DNA of 64,000 bases from Vicugna vicugna (taxonomy: Eukaryota): contig MU058059.1 in NCBI GenBank assembly GCA_013265495.1, forward strand, positions 2,269,502 through 2,333,501, in the 5' to 3' direction. Made by a program: the position numbers and the translations under genes. This document shows positions 49,646-62,100 of the stretch, piece after piece. The stretch's first letter is position 1; every line of letters starts with the position of its first letter. The notes under the pieces are model-generated. The model ran no database searches, was not told the DNA's origin, and was given only the letters and a program-made list of their open reading frames with translations.

Positions 49646-51349
49646 GCCATTAACCCTTTCCCTGCTATTTGTGATTTAAGCAGTTTGCGTAGCACTTTAC
49701 AAATATGTGTATACATTTTATTTGGACGTTCCAAGGCAGTCAGATTTTTGTGGGGATGGGGTGTTGGGCAGGGTGGGTGGGAAAGTACTAAGAGGGAGTC
49801 AGAAGCAGGGACTGATGATTGTGTTTTCAGGCAGGCCTGGGAGGTGACAGGGGAGGCAAGTCTGCAGTTCCAGGTCCTGGTTCAGGTGCACACTCATTAT
49901 TTCGTATAGAAGCACACTTTCAGTGAATAATACCAGGGACCAAGTCTATAATGTGCCCAGCTGTGAGGAAATTAAGCACAGTTACTTGACTGATAATGAT
50001 ACCAAACAGTTTCAGGTGTTAGAATTTCATTACGATGTGCGTTGTCTCTCACGGTACGAGTCACATTTTATGTCAGGTGTTTCAAATTAATCATGAGCAT
50101 AATTAATAGTTGTAGTAATTAGATTACCATTTTAGGATGCTATGCAAGGCAACAGAGAGTGTGAGGAAGGAAGAAAAATGAGGACCTCGCAGGTCTGTGT
50201 AATCAGGGTCCTGACTATGACTTATCGAAACAGGTCACTGTTTGATAATCCACTCTGAGGATTAACGTATAGGTGCTTCATTACAGGTTGGTTTATTACA
50301 ACAGCTGAAGATGGAGGCAATTTTAATGTGAAGGGGGACTCTCCCGGGGCCCTTGGTCCCAAGCCACTGAAACAGAATTATTTTATGAGGATAATACTAT
50401 TGTCAACAATGATTCTAGTTGAAGTACGGTTACTTTTGATAACTATGGAGAAACCAGGAGGCCACTATATGATTTTACATTCCTGAGAAGCTTAATTGAG
50501 TTAAGGATCAGTGTGCACATCTGACAACAACAAAAAAGGGGAGGTTTGGCATTTTAGAGCTTTAATGAATTATTGAACATATTTCAGACAGAAGATTGTT
50601 AAATAGCTTTTTGAATAGCTCTTGTTCACCTAAAGAGACACTTAGTAAACCGCCCATAGACTGATAGAAAAAGGACATTTGCATGGAAGTCACTTTTCTG
50701 CCACGGTTTGCCCTGGAATGATTTCGAATGGTTGCATAATAAGGACAAAAAGTTGCCGGGCTACGTAGAAACTGCAAGCTACTTAATAAATTATTCATGG
50801 TAGCCCCAAGGTGTAATTATTCAGTGAAATGAGAACCAAAAAAAATCAGTTCTGTATTAATGTTTATTTATACCGGTATTTTTTTTTTAACGTGCTGACA
50901 TTTTCCTGCTAGAGGTAAACCTAAAGGCAGTCCACATAAATGCTTCAGTGGGTTGGAGTTCCTGGGCTCAGTTGTGTCCATCCTTTTTGTTGTTACTGTC
51001 ATGTATTTGCTTTTAGCGAAGATTTCTTTGGTATGGGAGGAAGAGTCGGACTCTCACGAAAGCAGCCCTTTTGGAAAGGACAAGAGCAGGAAGGCACCTC
51101 CGCACAGGTGTGCGTGCAGAGCAGGCTGGGCATCTTCCACACCTGCTCTGCAGCGGGAAGAGTCACCGTGACATGGTTTTGGGTCCTGACGGTGCTGGGG
51201 TTTCCGCCTCCCGCAGCCTCCCGCAGTCCAGGTCAGAAACCATGGTTCTTCTCCTTCTTGGCCTCCATTGTTACTACTTAGCTGTCAGCTGCAACAGTAC
51301 TTAACACACTGTAGTTAAACAGTCCCTGCTTCTACGCTGGACCCCAGGG

Positions 51350-51860
51350 GTATCCAGGGCCACAGGCAGGGTGATTCCTTCCAGGCGGACGTCAGAGCAA
51401 ATCAGGCTCCTGCTTAAAACCCTCCATGTGCTCATGTCAGAGTGAAAACCGAGTCCTGCCTGGTCTGGTCCTGCGTCCTCTGTGTTCTTCTGTCACTGCT
51501 GATTGCTGCCGCACTGGTCGCCTGCCTGCACATGGACCAGACCCACCGGGCTCCCCACAGAGGCATCCCGGGATGCCCGCCCTGCTGACTCCCCTCAGCC
51601 TGGACCCTGTGGAACCTTCCCAGTGAGGCTCACGCTGAGTGCTCCCTGTAACTACTGCCCCGTCCATTCTGGTCCCTCCTCCCCTGACCTTTGTCCTGCA
51701 GTTTTCCCGCTTAGCATTCAAGAACACTGTGTAATTCACCTCTGTGTCCTGTCCCCTGTTTATTGTCCCTCAAACGGGGCCCCCTTTGTCTTTTTCCTGA
51801 GGATGAGGCTGGCACCTAGCGGGAGCTCTGTAAATACCTGGTGAATGAATGAATGAATGG
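51350..51860 (+). mobile_element. L2a 3' end
   Basis: ctcctgcttaaaaccctccat...ggctggcacctagcgggagctctgtaaatacctggtgaatgaatgaatgaatgg, with the (GAAT)n L2 tail. Confidence 0.78.
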
Positions 51861-52464
51861 AGGTACCTCCTGCAACTCGTGCCTGGACATGCTAAATCCG
51901 CTGTCCCCGAGGTTTAACAGAAAGCGCCCAGTGCCTTGCTGTAAATGCCCTGTGACCGGCAGGAATGTCCAGTTATTGCAGAAATCCAGGGAAGTAAGGG
52001 CAGGAGGGTGGGGAGCAGTTGGCCCAGTGGAGAGCTTTGTAGCCTTAGGGCTGGGACTCCACACGTGACCAGGACCCAGGCCCCGGCCCTTGTGCTGACC
52101 GGTCCTCTATTTGGTGGTCACAATAACCGGATAACAACTGCACAGTTGGTGTGGGTCTTGAGTGGGTGGCCTGAGTGGTGTTTAACCTGATTTCACGAAC
52201 AGGTGTTTGTCCATTCGCAGACCAGTTTGAATCCCATTTTTGGGAGCAGTGGTGACCGCTGGAGCTCAAGTGGTCCAGAAAGTGTGTGCTTGCCTCCTGG
52301 GAGACTGGGTCACTGCTTGGAAACTTTCACAGCGGGAAGCAGTGAAGCGGAGGAAATCTGGGGAAGAGTTAAATGTCAGAGATAAGGTTAAAGGCAACGA
52401 GCTGGAGGTTTTCTTTCAGAGACCTTCCTGATGGGCAGCTGTGGTATTCCAACCTTCTGCAACA

Positions 52465-52495
52465 AGAGAGAGAGAGGGAGAGAGAGAGAGAGAGG
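52465..52495. repeat. (GA)n microsatellite
   Basis: agagagagagagggagagagagagagagag. Confidence 0.9.
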
Positions 52496-52571
52496 GAATT
52501 AGGGAGAGGGTGCATGTTGTCTTACACCTGCCCTTGGTCTAGTGGATGGTTAATTGCTTCTTAGACTGTTT

Positions 52572-52894
52572 CAGTACTGCCCAACAGAAATACCATGTGA
52601 ACCACAATTATGATGCAACATTTTCTAGTAGTCACTTTTTTACTTTTAAAAAAGTAAAAATTTTGATAGTTTCATCATGTATTGTAATATATTTTATTTA
52701 ATCTAAATACTTGAAATACTATCATTTCAACCTGTCATCGATACAAAATTTACTAATGAGATATTTTACATGTTTTTAAACCAAGCTTTCAAAATTTGGT
52801 GTGTATTTTACACTGTCGTCTTAATTGGGACGAGCCACCTCTCAGGTGCTCAGCAGCCACACGTGGCTGGTGGCTGCTGTGATGGACAGTGTAG
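52572..52894 (-). mobile_element. MER33 (hAT-Charlie MITE), near full length
   Basis: cagtactgcccaacagaaata...taatgagatattttaca...tggtgtgtattttacact...ggtgctcagcagccacacgtggctggtggctgctgtgatggacagtgtag; terminal inverted repeats are recognisable. Confidence 0.85.
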
Positions 52895-53626
52895 CTGTAG
52901 AGGGTTTGCCGTTAGATAAAATGCTTACTACCTACGGACCCTCTTTTAAAATGGATTCTCTCTGTTTTTTCAAAAAACGTTTGCTTTGATTCAGTGTTTT
53001 CAGTCTATTAATTATGTTGTAGCGTGCTTGATGTTATGAAATCAGACTATGGAAAACAGAAAAAAATGTGTATTTATAGATGATCACGAACATGGTTATT
53101 AGTTATGACAATTACAGTTCACCATAGTAACTGGTGAATCAAGTAGCAAAGATGTGAACAGTAGAAAGAGGAAAGGAAAGACCTGGGGTCTGTGTGAACA
53201 GCCGTGGAGCAGTCTGAGACAGCGTTCTGTTTTTGTACGTGGGACGTTACAGAGGTTTAAGAAGTCAGGTAGTATTGTTCTTTTGTATACTGCAATATTA
53301 TTATCTTTTCCAAACTGAGCTGAAACTTACATAAAGCAGTTCTGTTTTGGTCCTCGTCTAGGGAATTTTAACTCCTCAACACCCCGAATTAAATCTGAAG
53401 ATAAGATTCTAAGGATGCTCACAGGACTTGCAAGTCACTTGACGGACTCTGAAAGCTCGTTGGAAGTTGTAACAGATGCTAAGAATCCTTGAGTGGTCTT
53501 GCATGCCCGTGATAGATAAGATGGAGAAGGTAGCTTTTCAAATCAGGGCTAAATAGCATTACATTTGTTTTCTTCACCTGAGCAAAACAAAGGTGGTAAC
53601 CTTTATACTTAAAACAAAAAATTGTT

Positions 53627-53770
53627 GGGGGGAGTATAGCTCAGTGGTAGAGCACATGCTTAGCATGCACGAAGTCCTGGGTTCAACCCTTAGTACCTCC
53701 ACTGAAAAGTAAGTAAATAACTAACTAAATAAATAAACCTAATAACACCCCCCCCAAAAAATTTTTAAAA
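53627..53770 (+). mobile_element. Full-length tRNA-derived SINE (Vic-1-like, long form)
   Basis: ggggggagtatagctcagtggtagagcacatgcttagcatgcacgaagtcctgggttcaacccttagtacctcc...aaataaacctaataacaccccccccaaaaaa. Confidence 0.93.
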
Positions 53771-55371
53771 GATGCCTATTTTCTTAAAAAAAAAACCCAA
53801 AACAAAATTATTACTTAAGGATGTTAAAATAAAAATTTGTGATGTTGGAATGAGTCCCCATGTCTCAGCATTGTTTCAGTTCATTCTGTTCTGTAACACA
53901 TGGCCCCTCCCTGGGCTGTGTTCCACTCCCCACCCCCAATTCAGAGAGACAAGTAATTATATACACACCAGCTAAATGTCTGGTGAAAATCTCCAGGCAA
54001 AACTGAGTTGACTTGTGTGGAACTGAATTTAAAAGCACTTGATGGAATATTGCTGCAGCCTCTGCTTCCTTGTCAGGTTGCATTTCCTGCCTCGCCTTGT
54101 GGGCAGGACCTGTTCCATGGTCCTGAGACCCACTCTGCCCTGCCTCTCCTGCCTCCTTCCTCCGATCACCTCACCCCAGCTTCTGAGAACTTGCAATCTG
54201 GCAGTGCTTCGTTTTGTCACGCTCCTTCAGGAAAAGATACAATAATATTACAAGAAAAAATTATAATAGAAAAAGAGAAAAAAATCATAGCCTATCTGAA
54301 AGTGGTGTTTGTTTTGTACCTAGACAGCTTGTTTTTTTCTGAAGAAACTAGTTACATTATAAAACAGAGGAATGTTTATCATGTGAATGGATTATATAAT
54401 AATACAGGATACATGGCAGTTATTTCTAAAATATTCTCCCTAAAGGAAAAAAAGGATTTAGAGAAAATCAGCGCTCCTTTGTAAGCAGTGACATCTCTAA
54501 TTGGCCACTGCAGTTGCTCATGGTTTGGCACTTGAGGTTGTGATAGCTCAGTGGCTGGGGAAGATAGGGATGGGGGATGGGATTGGAAGAGAAAGCTAGA
54601 CTATTCAAAGCCCAAACAATTGCTTTAGTTGGAATTCTTTGTTCTTGATTTTAAAAAGAGACAAACAAATAAGAACTTAAAATATAAACGGATATGAGAT
54701 TAGAATTTTATGTTGGCTGGTGTACCAAAGCACACTGTGGTGGGGTTTATTAAAAGCTTCATTTGTACTTGGCAAGGTTAAGAGAGGAAGCCAGTCATCA
54801 ATCATCAGCGTTGTTCACTTTTAAATGCAGTTTCTCAGGGAAGACACTTCCTCCTTCAAGCGCTCAGCCTGAATTTATTCAAGATTAAATTAAATGAAAG
54901 TTAATCCATGGCATCAGTAAGAATCATGATTTTTCCAAGCATGTCTTTCAAGAACCCATTTTTAACAACATGGTGTTTGCCAGTTCAGCCGGTGTTGGGA
55001 CCCACGGTTGCTGGTGGGTGGAGCACTTCCATGTGGGGACGGTTAATAAGTAGAGAGCAAAATGTATGCTTATGATTTGTACATAAGGTCACACAGTGAA
55101 AGGAAGCAAAGTACAATTTAAAAATGAATCCTATCTTTAGCAATATTCAGAATAGTAAATTGGAAGTTAAGCAATTGTTTTGTAATTTAATCAACTTAAT
55201 AAGACTTTTGGGATATTTGGTATTTGGTCAGCTTTACTTAAAAAGAAAGTTTATTAGCCTCAAAGTGTTTAAAAAGTTAACAAAGACTTAGTTAAAGGTA
55301 GTAGAGCAAAGGCGTTTCTATTATACTTTTCTGCCTTCAATTCCCCCAAAAGAACAAAAAGAGTGGTAGAG

Positions 55372-55495
55372 AAGAGCCACTATGTACAGTTGGGCAGGTT
55401 GTGAACTGAATAACTCTAGGGGTCCCCATTAACATCAAAGTCTGTGTGGATGGAGCCCCCTGCAGCAATTGCTCCACCTGTGTTCCTGCCTTGGC
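55372..55495 (+). mobile_element. MER91-type hAT-Tip100 MITE
   Basis: atgtacagttgggcaggttgtgaactgaataactctaggggtccccattaacat...tgtggatggagccccctg. Confidence 0.65.
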
Positions 55496-55859
55496 CACCA
55501 TGGTGACCACATATTAACTTAATGTCTAAGACAAGACCCTAAAAATGAGGGGCTACCGAAGTGCAGCTGGAAGAAGGGGCCAGCAGTGGTCCTAAGATCA
55601 CCATGCAGGGAGCCTGTGACATGAGGGGCTTCTCTGTAACCCACATGGACTCTGCTCAAGCTAGAAACAGCCGCACCAAAAGCTTGAGGATGAAGTACTC
55701 GCAGGGTGCAAGGACATAAGAGAGGTGGAGAGAATGTTTGAGCGCAACACTGAGCTTGGAGCTGCTCTTCCTACACTGGTCTTCAGCACCTGGCTTGGTG
55801 TCTCCAGTCCAGCATGAGTGCCTTGTGGGCCCCACACCTCGGCACGGGTGGTGCAGATT

Positions 55860-56400
55860 CACAGAAGAAAGGAACTCAAGCAGAGACAGAGGAAGAATGT
55901 CTATCAGAAAGCAAGTTATTTTATAAACAGAAGAAAAGTCCAGACTCATACTTTTTCATGGCCTCCAAGGAATAATAATAACTGGGTTTTGTGAAAGAAA
56001 TGATAACTATGATGAAAGAAAAGAGGAGGGATATGGGGAAAGTGAGCTGATCAATCTCAGCAAAGAAAGAAAAGAGAAAAAGAAAACCATTAGAAAGGTG
56101 AAAGTCACACAAGAAGCCACAAGAAATACGAAACCCACGTGAAAACACAGGGACAGACATGTCAGACCTGAGAAACTCCTACCAAAGAGGTGAAAAGATG
56201 GGATAAAAACGATTTCTCTGAAGCTGATACACTGAAAGAGAGTTATCTGTCTCATATTTTTGTGCCTCCAGAGGAAGAGAAAAAAAAAGAAACAACAAGT
56301 ATTCAGAGGCAAATAGAAGAAAACCTTACTGATGAAAAGGAAAGGTTTTCTGTGTTAATCGGAAGGCCCCACCATTTGCTAGGGGGAAAGTATTTAGGGA
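55860..56400 (+). mobile_element. Ancient L1/HAL1 ORF1 remnant
   Basis: A-rich purine tract. Part of the 56190 ORF (SYLSHIFVPPEEEKKK...IQRQIEENLTDEKERFSVLIGRPHH) loosely aligns to the L1 ORF1p motif NIRIIGVPE.EE...I.EENFP.L......IERAHR. Confidence 0.5.
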
Positions 56401-56674
56401 AAAAATGGGCTGCTGAGTGGTCAAGGAGCCAAGAACAAAAGGGAGCAGGCTGGGAGAAGCGGTGGGGCAGAAGCTGGAAGGAACTGATGGGGAAGTGAGT
56501 CGAGGTGAGGAAGCAGAGAAGAGTGTGGGCAAAGCTTTGTAAAGAAGTTTCATTATTAAATGAGGGCATTCTGGGTGTACCTAGATGGGGACATGGGAGT
56601 GAGGGAGGGTGTGTGTTTGAGGTGGGAGAGGCTTGCAGATGCTTCAATACCCTTTGAGAGAGTGAGGATAGGGG

Positions 56675-56857
56675 AGGGTGGTCCTTAGCTCTGTCTGCGT
56701 GTTGGAACCACCTGGAATCTTAACCAGAAAAGTCCTGATGCTGGGTCCCGCCCCCACAGGCTCCGGTGTAGGTGGTGTTGGACTGGGTCGCTGGGGTTGG
56801 GATTCTTAAAAGCTGCCCAGGTGACTCTCAAGAGTAGCTGAGTTTGAAAACTACTGT
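56675..56857. mobile_element. MER5-type hAT-Charlie MITE
   Basis: gtggtccttagc...ttggaaccacctgg...ctgatgctgggtcccgccccc...ttcttaaaagctgcccaggtgactct...agtttgaaaactactg. Confidence 0.75.
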
Positions 56858-57833
56858 TAGAAAAGTTGAAAGAGGGTCCCCAGAAGATGGGAGGGCATTT
56901 AACCCTAAACGTAAGTGGAGGGTTATCCCAAGTAAGCGTCAGACTTCCTCTTCAGTGGTAGTTGGAGGAAATGGTGGTGGTGCTTTCAGATGGAGGCGTG
57001 GGTTTGATAAATGGGAGCTGATGGCTTTGGCTTCTGGCTTCTCTGAGAAGGGGCGGGAGCTGGGGGAGCCAGTGTTGGGAGGAAGGTGTGGAGGCAGGGA
57101 GAGGAGGGAATTCTTCACACAGAGAGAGAGAGAGCACTAGGGGACGAAACGTAGCAGGGGACTAAACGTAAGCTGGGGCAGGCAGCAGGGGGAGGGCTGA
57201 TTTCAAGACGGTAGGTGAGGGGAGTGGCGCGTTTCCCAGCAAAGAGCAGAGACATTCGTCACTTGTGCGGTCCTCTGGTTTTGTACCCAGCACAGGGAAT
57301 CGGGCACTGGTAGTAGTAGAATAAATAAGTCAGATCACTGCACTGCCTGTCTCCATCTGTAGATCTGCTGTGGTAAGCTCTTCATTCTGCTTCTGTGGAT
57401 ACACAGAAATGAAGCCAGACACTCGTTTTGCTCAGTTTAATGGAAAAGAGATGACTTTTAGACCTAGTGGTTCAAAAGTAACAACCGGAAAGAGCTAAAG
57501 GCTCTGGCTCTCCCTGAAGTGAGCCTTTTGTCCTAGATGGTGTGTGTGACTTGCAGGAAAGAGCCCCGGGTGCTAGCCCGGTAATAATGAAGTGCTGAAA
57601 CACTGCGCACGCTCAAGCTCTAGGTACAGGTATCATTTTTAATCAGCTTGGAGTCGAACATAAACTAAATCCATTTTAATAACGTAGTCACGCTTTGTAA
57701 ATATTGCAAATAGAAGTTTCTTCTTTTTGAGTGTTAGTGGCAGAGTCCTTGGATTAGAGACTTTTGCTTTAGTTTAGGGCCTTGATTCTTTTAGTGTTTT
57801 TAAAACGCTCTTTCAGTTTGCACAGATAGTTGG

Positions 57834-58169
57834 TATTTTATTTTTTATTTTTTTCATTCTAATTTTATTGAGGCATAATCGACCTGCTGCACTGTGCAAG
57901 TTTCAGGTGTACAGCATGATTTGACTTCCATACATCATGAAGTGATGATCACAGTAAGTTTAGGGACCATCCATTATCTTGCATAGATACAAAAATCAAA
58001 GAAAAAGAAAAAAATTATCCTTGTGATGATAGCTCTCAGGATTTACTGTCTTAACTTTCATATATGATGCACAGCAGTGTTAGTTATATTTGTCATGTTG
58101 TATATTACATTCCTAGTACTTACTGATCTTATAACTGGAAGTCTGTACCTTTTGACCACCATCCTCCAA
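57834..58169 (-). mobile_element. LINE-1 3' end (older cetartiodactyl type)
   Basis: T-rich tail, then attttattgaggcataatcgac...gtgatgatagctctcaggatttact...catgttgtatattacattcctagtactta...cttataactggaagtctgtaccttttgaccacc. Confidence 0.88.
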
Positions 58170-59556
58170 CAGTCTGCTCTTAACTCATCTCACATAACTC
58201 TCTGGAATCCTCAGTCGTGGCTGAGGAAGCTGTGACATTTTAAGGGAAAACTGAATAGCATTTGACGTGGGTCTGGGCGGCCCGGTCCCCTGGGCACAGT
58301 GGAAGAATGCGGAGCTTAAATTCACGAAGGCCCAGTGGGAGCCCGTGCCCTTGGAGGAAAGCAAAAGCGTGTGTAAAATTAAATCCAGAGCGTGTCGTGG
58401 GAAGCATCTCTGGAAGTTTACTGACGGCACCACCGCTTTTCGTTCTAGCGGCGAGGGCAGAGTAAACGTGGTCAGTTGGCCTGTGTCTTCAGAGCCCCTT
58501 CCTGCTCTGCTTTCACCTGGGGGAGGGCTAGGGGCACGGTCCGCCCCGCCTCCAGCCCTCCTCACACGCCAGCCTTTGCGCATACTCAGCACGGCAGAGG
58601 CCTTGGCGGCTGGTGGGATGATGTCATTACCTTTTTCATTCAGTGCGTTTTCTCTTTATTGTGAAATCGCCATGTGTGGGACACTGTGCTGGGTGTCGTG
58701 TGACGGAAGCATAATTCAGACGTGGCTCTTGTTCTCCAGAACTGTATTCGAAGCTTTTAGAAGCCCCGGGAAAGCAAAGGCCTTTTTTCTTGGCTTACTT
58801 TTTCAGTGTTTCCATGCCATAGTCTTCTTGGCTTTTAGAAGCGAGAGGCTATTGATTGTCGCAATGGTTGGACAGACTCTTTCGTCTCCTGATTAGCTGC
58901 TTTAGGGACAGGTCAGTGGACAGATAATCTCTTGGTCACCTCAGAGCCCTGGCATTCATTAAGAAAAGAGAAGTTTGGTGATTGCTTATCACCCCAGCTG
59001 TGGGGGCTGGTCTTCTCCGATACCAGTGCTTTGGGGACAGCGAATTTCAGCTTTGTTCTGTCTGTAGTTTGCAGAGGTCGGCTGTGAAGGATTGATATGT
59101 AGCCAAAATTGGTATTGCTGATTTTTATAACCAAACTGTCATCCCCACCCCTCACCAAAATTTCATGTCTCAGAATGGGTGGTTGATGTCTCATCTGGGC
59201 AAGTTTTCTATCATCTGGAAGATGACTGTAGCCCTGATGTCTGTGTGAAGGATTGGAGTGTTAAAAGAGACCACCCACATCTGAAGATGTAACTGCACAG
59301 ATCTTACTGACAGTGTTTTACTGATTTGAACATGGCAGGTTATTTAAAAGCTAGAACAATATAAAAGAGGTGATTTTCATTAAGTCCTGAGAATACAAAA
59401 ATATTTTTAAGAAGTACTTTTTTGGTTCTTTGAGAGGCACTTATGATTCTGAACTAATATTAATTTTCTACGCTTTGCACAGTTTTGCCTATGAAGTCAC
59501 TGATCAGCCAAGTCTAGGGCCAGCCATAGGTATGCTTTTGTGAATTAATTTGGTGG

Positions 59557-59742
59557 TTTTTTTAATTGAAGTATAGTCAGTTTGCAATGTGTCAATTTCT
59601 GGTGTAGAGCACAATGTCCCAGTCATGCATATACACACATATATTCCTTTTCATAGTCTTTTTCGTTATAGGTTACTACTAGATATTGGATATAGTTCCT
59701 TGTGTTATGCAGAAGAAATTTGCTTCTTATCCATTTTGTATA
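59557..59742 (-). mobile_element. Short LINE-1 3' end, young type
   Basis: ttttttaattgaagtatagtcagtttgcaatgtgtcaatttctggtgtag...ttataggttactactagatattggatatagttcc. Degenerate TSD taatttggtggttt and taatctgggattt. Confidence 0.9.
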
Positions 59743-60399
59743 ATCTGGGATTTGAAGAGTTGCCTTTTTGCTTAATTCTGCTGTGGCGGATGCTTTCCAG
59801 ACGGACTGCAGTGGATATCCTACTCCTCCCAAACACCCGTCACATTTCCTCTTAAGATTTCTCTCTTTCCGATCTGATAAAGCAGTTGTTGAAAACCTGT
59901 GTGTCATTTCTAGAATCGCATCGAGGCAGCGGACAGTTCCACTTTCCTTAGTTTATGGAACCCCACCAGAATCTTCTCTGAGCACGAGCCTTTGGAATTG
60001 CTTGGTGATTACAAAGTGCACTGTGTTGGGAACCGCTTCTCTTTTGCAGCAGTCACATTGGCTGCTTGCAACCAAGGCTGACAAGTGATGGCTGGTCTCA
60101 CAGCTGTGTGTTTCAGCAGACACAGCGGAACAGTAAGTTTCCACCTCTGCACGGAGGGGTGGCGGTTCACCAGCTCAAGTGCTTTTCCTCTTGTCCTCTG
60201 CAGAAGAAGCAGATGGACCACAGTTTAAAAGGGAGTTGGGGAGAACGGTCCTCCTTAGAAGGTCTTTATTTCTCCAGTTGGTTAACATCTGACTCAGACC
60301 CCAGTGCCATCAACACAGAGGCTGCTCTGTCTCTGGTCACTAGCTGGCAGAGTCCTTGGCACGTTTTCTTGGATCATTTCTCGGAGGGAAGCCCAACGT

Positions 60400-60807
60400 T
60401 CTCTGTACGGAACTGGACCACTGCTTCCCCAGAGCTCCCTCCTTGAGCGTCCTGCTCTTTTGGGGACGTTTCCTGCCCTTTCTCCTGCCCCAAATGCCCC
60501 GCCCCCCTTCCTCAAATATCCGTTTAGATGCTAACTTATCAGAGGGGACCGCCCCTCCCCCCACCGTGTGAAGAGCTGCTCCCACTGCCTTCGTCCCACA
60601 CTCCCTGTGTCCTTAACCTGTCTTACTTTTCTCTGTGGTACTTACCACTCAAACGATTGCATAGTTATTTCTTTACTCATTGTCTGTCTACCCCAAGCAG
60701 AATGTGGCCTCCACAGAGATGGGGTCTCTGGGCTCTGCTCTGATTTATGTCGGATGCCTGGGTGTTTGGCAGGCCCTCGGGTATTAGTTGAAGGAACGAA
60801 CGAAGGA
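60400..60807 (+). mobile_element. L2 3' end
   Basis: gatgctaacttatcagagggg...ttgtctgtctaccccaagcagaatgtggcctccacagag...attagttgaaggaacgaacgaagg. Confidence 0.6.
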
Positions 60808-60882
60808 GTCGAGGTGCTCCGTGTGTACTTGTGGGATAAACGGGGGAGGCCGGGAGGATGTGGCACTTAGGGCATCTCAGTG

Positions 60883-62100
60883 CCTTAACAGACATCTGAC
60901 AAAAGAAGATATGTAGATGGCAGATAAGCAAATGAAAAGATGCTGCGCATCATATGTCCTCAGGAAAGAGCAAACTAAAACAGCAAGATGCCTCCATACA
61001 CATACTAGAATGGCCAAAATCTGAAAAACCAACAACATCAAATGCTGGTGAGGATGTGGGGCAATAGGAACTCTCATTCCTGACTGATCAGAAAGCAAAG
61101 TAAAACAGACACTTTGGAAAATGGTTTGGCAGGTTCTTTCAAAATTAAACATGCTCTTACTATATGATCCAGCAACGGTGCTCCCTGGTATTTACTCAAA
61201 GGAGTTAAAAACGTATGTCCACGCAAAGACCTGCGTGTGGATGTTTATAGCAGCTTTATTCATAATTGCCAAAACTTGGAAGCAAACATGATATATTTCA
61301 GTAGATGATAGGATAAATAAACTGTGGTACATTCAGACAAGGGAACATTATTCAGAGCTTCAAAGAAATGAGCTATCAAGCTATGAAGAGACATGGGAGA
61401 AACTTAAATGCATCTTACTAAGTGAAGGAAGCCAATCTGAAAGGGCTCTGTGCTACGTGATTCCAGCTACAGCTGACCCCTGGACAACGTGAGTGTGAAC
61501 TTACATGAGGATCTTTCTCAGTGGTGAATGCTAGAGTCCTGCCCGATACATGGTTGGTTGAATCTGTAGGTGCAGAACCGCGGTCACAGAGGAGTCGTGT
61601 GCAGGGACGACTGGCTGGACGTTACACGTGGACTTCTGACAGCTCAGGGATCAGCGCTCATACCTGCCCCGCTGTTCCAGGGTCAGCTGTGTACAACATT
61701 CTGGAAAAGGCAAAGCTGTGGAGACAGTGAAGAGATCATAGTGGTTTCCAGGGGTGGAGGTGGAGGGAAAGATGAATGGTCAGAACACAGCAGATTTTTT
61801 AGGGCAGTGAAATATTCTGTATGATATTATAACGGTGGGTACATGTCATTGTATATTTGTCCAAACCCACAGAAGGTACGACACCAAGCGTGAACTGTAG
61901 TGGAAGCTCTGGGCTTCGGGTGATGATGAAATGTCAGTGAGGATTCATCCTGGGTGAAATATGTACGATCCTGATGGGGGATGTTGATAATGGGGGGAGA
62001 CTCTGCATATGTGGGGGCAAAGAATATATGGGAAATCTCTGTACCTTGCTCTCAGTTTTGTTGTAAACCTAAAACTCTTCTCGTAAAATAAAATCTTTGA
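60883..62100 (+). mobile_element. L1MC1-like element, 3' ~1 kb (end of ORF2 plus 3' UTR)
   Basis: aacagacatctgacaaaagaagatat...aaatgctggtgaggatgtgg...tatgatccagcaa...gaaatgagctatcaagc...cattctggaaaaggcaaa...gggaaatctctgtacc...aaacctaaaactc. Confidence 0.92.
61470..61689. mobile_element. Tigger2-derived MITE (TcMar) nested in the L1MC1
   Basis: TIRs cagctgacccctggacaac and gctgttccagggtcagctg. Inserted after TA, with TG (a decayed TA) on the right. The L1 sequence ccagcta|tgtacaacattctgg rejoins across it. Confidence 0.85.

Noticed and set aside
51017..51107. Possible exon ttttag|CGAAG...CACAG|gtgtgc
   Set aside because: Weak donor, 91 nt (not frame-preserving), and peptide not recognised.
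53627..53700. tRNA-like sequence with A and B boxes
   Set aside because: It is followed by a SINE tail and has several diverged copies in the window, so it is a SINE head, not a tRNA gene.
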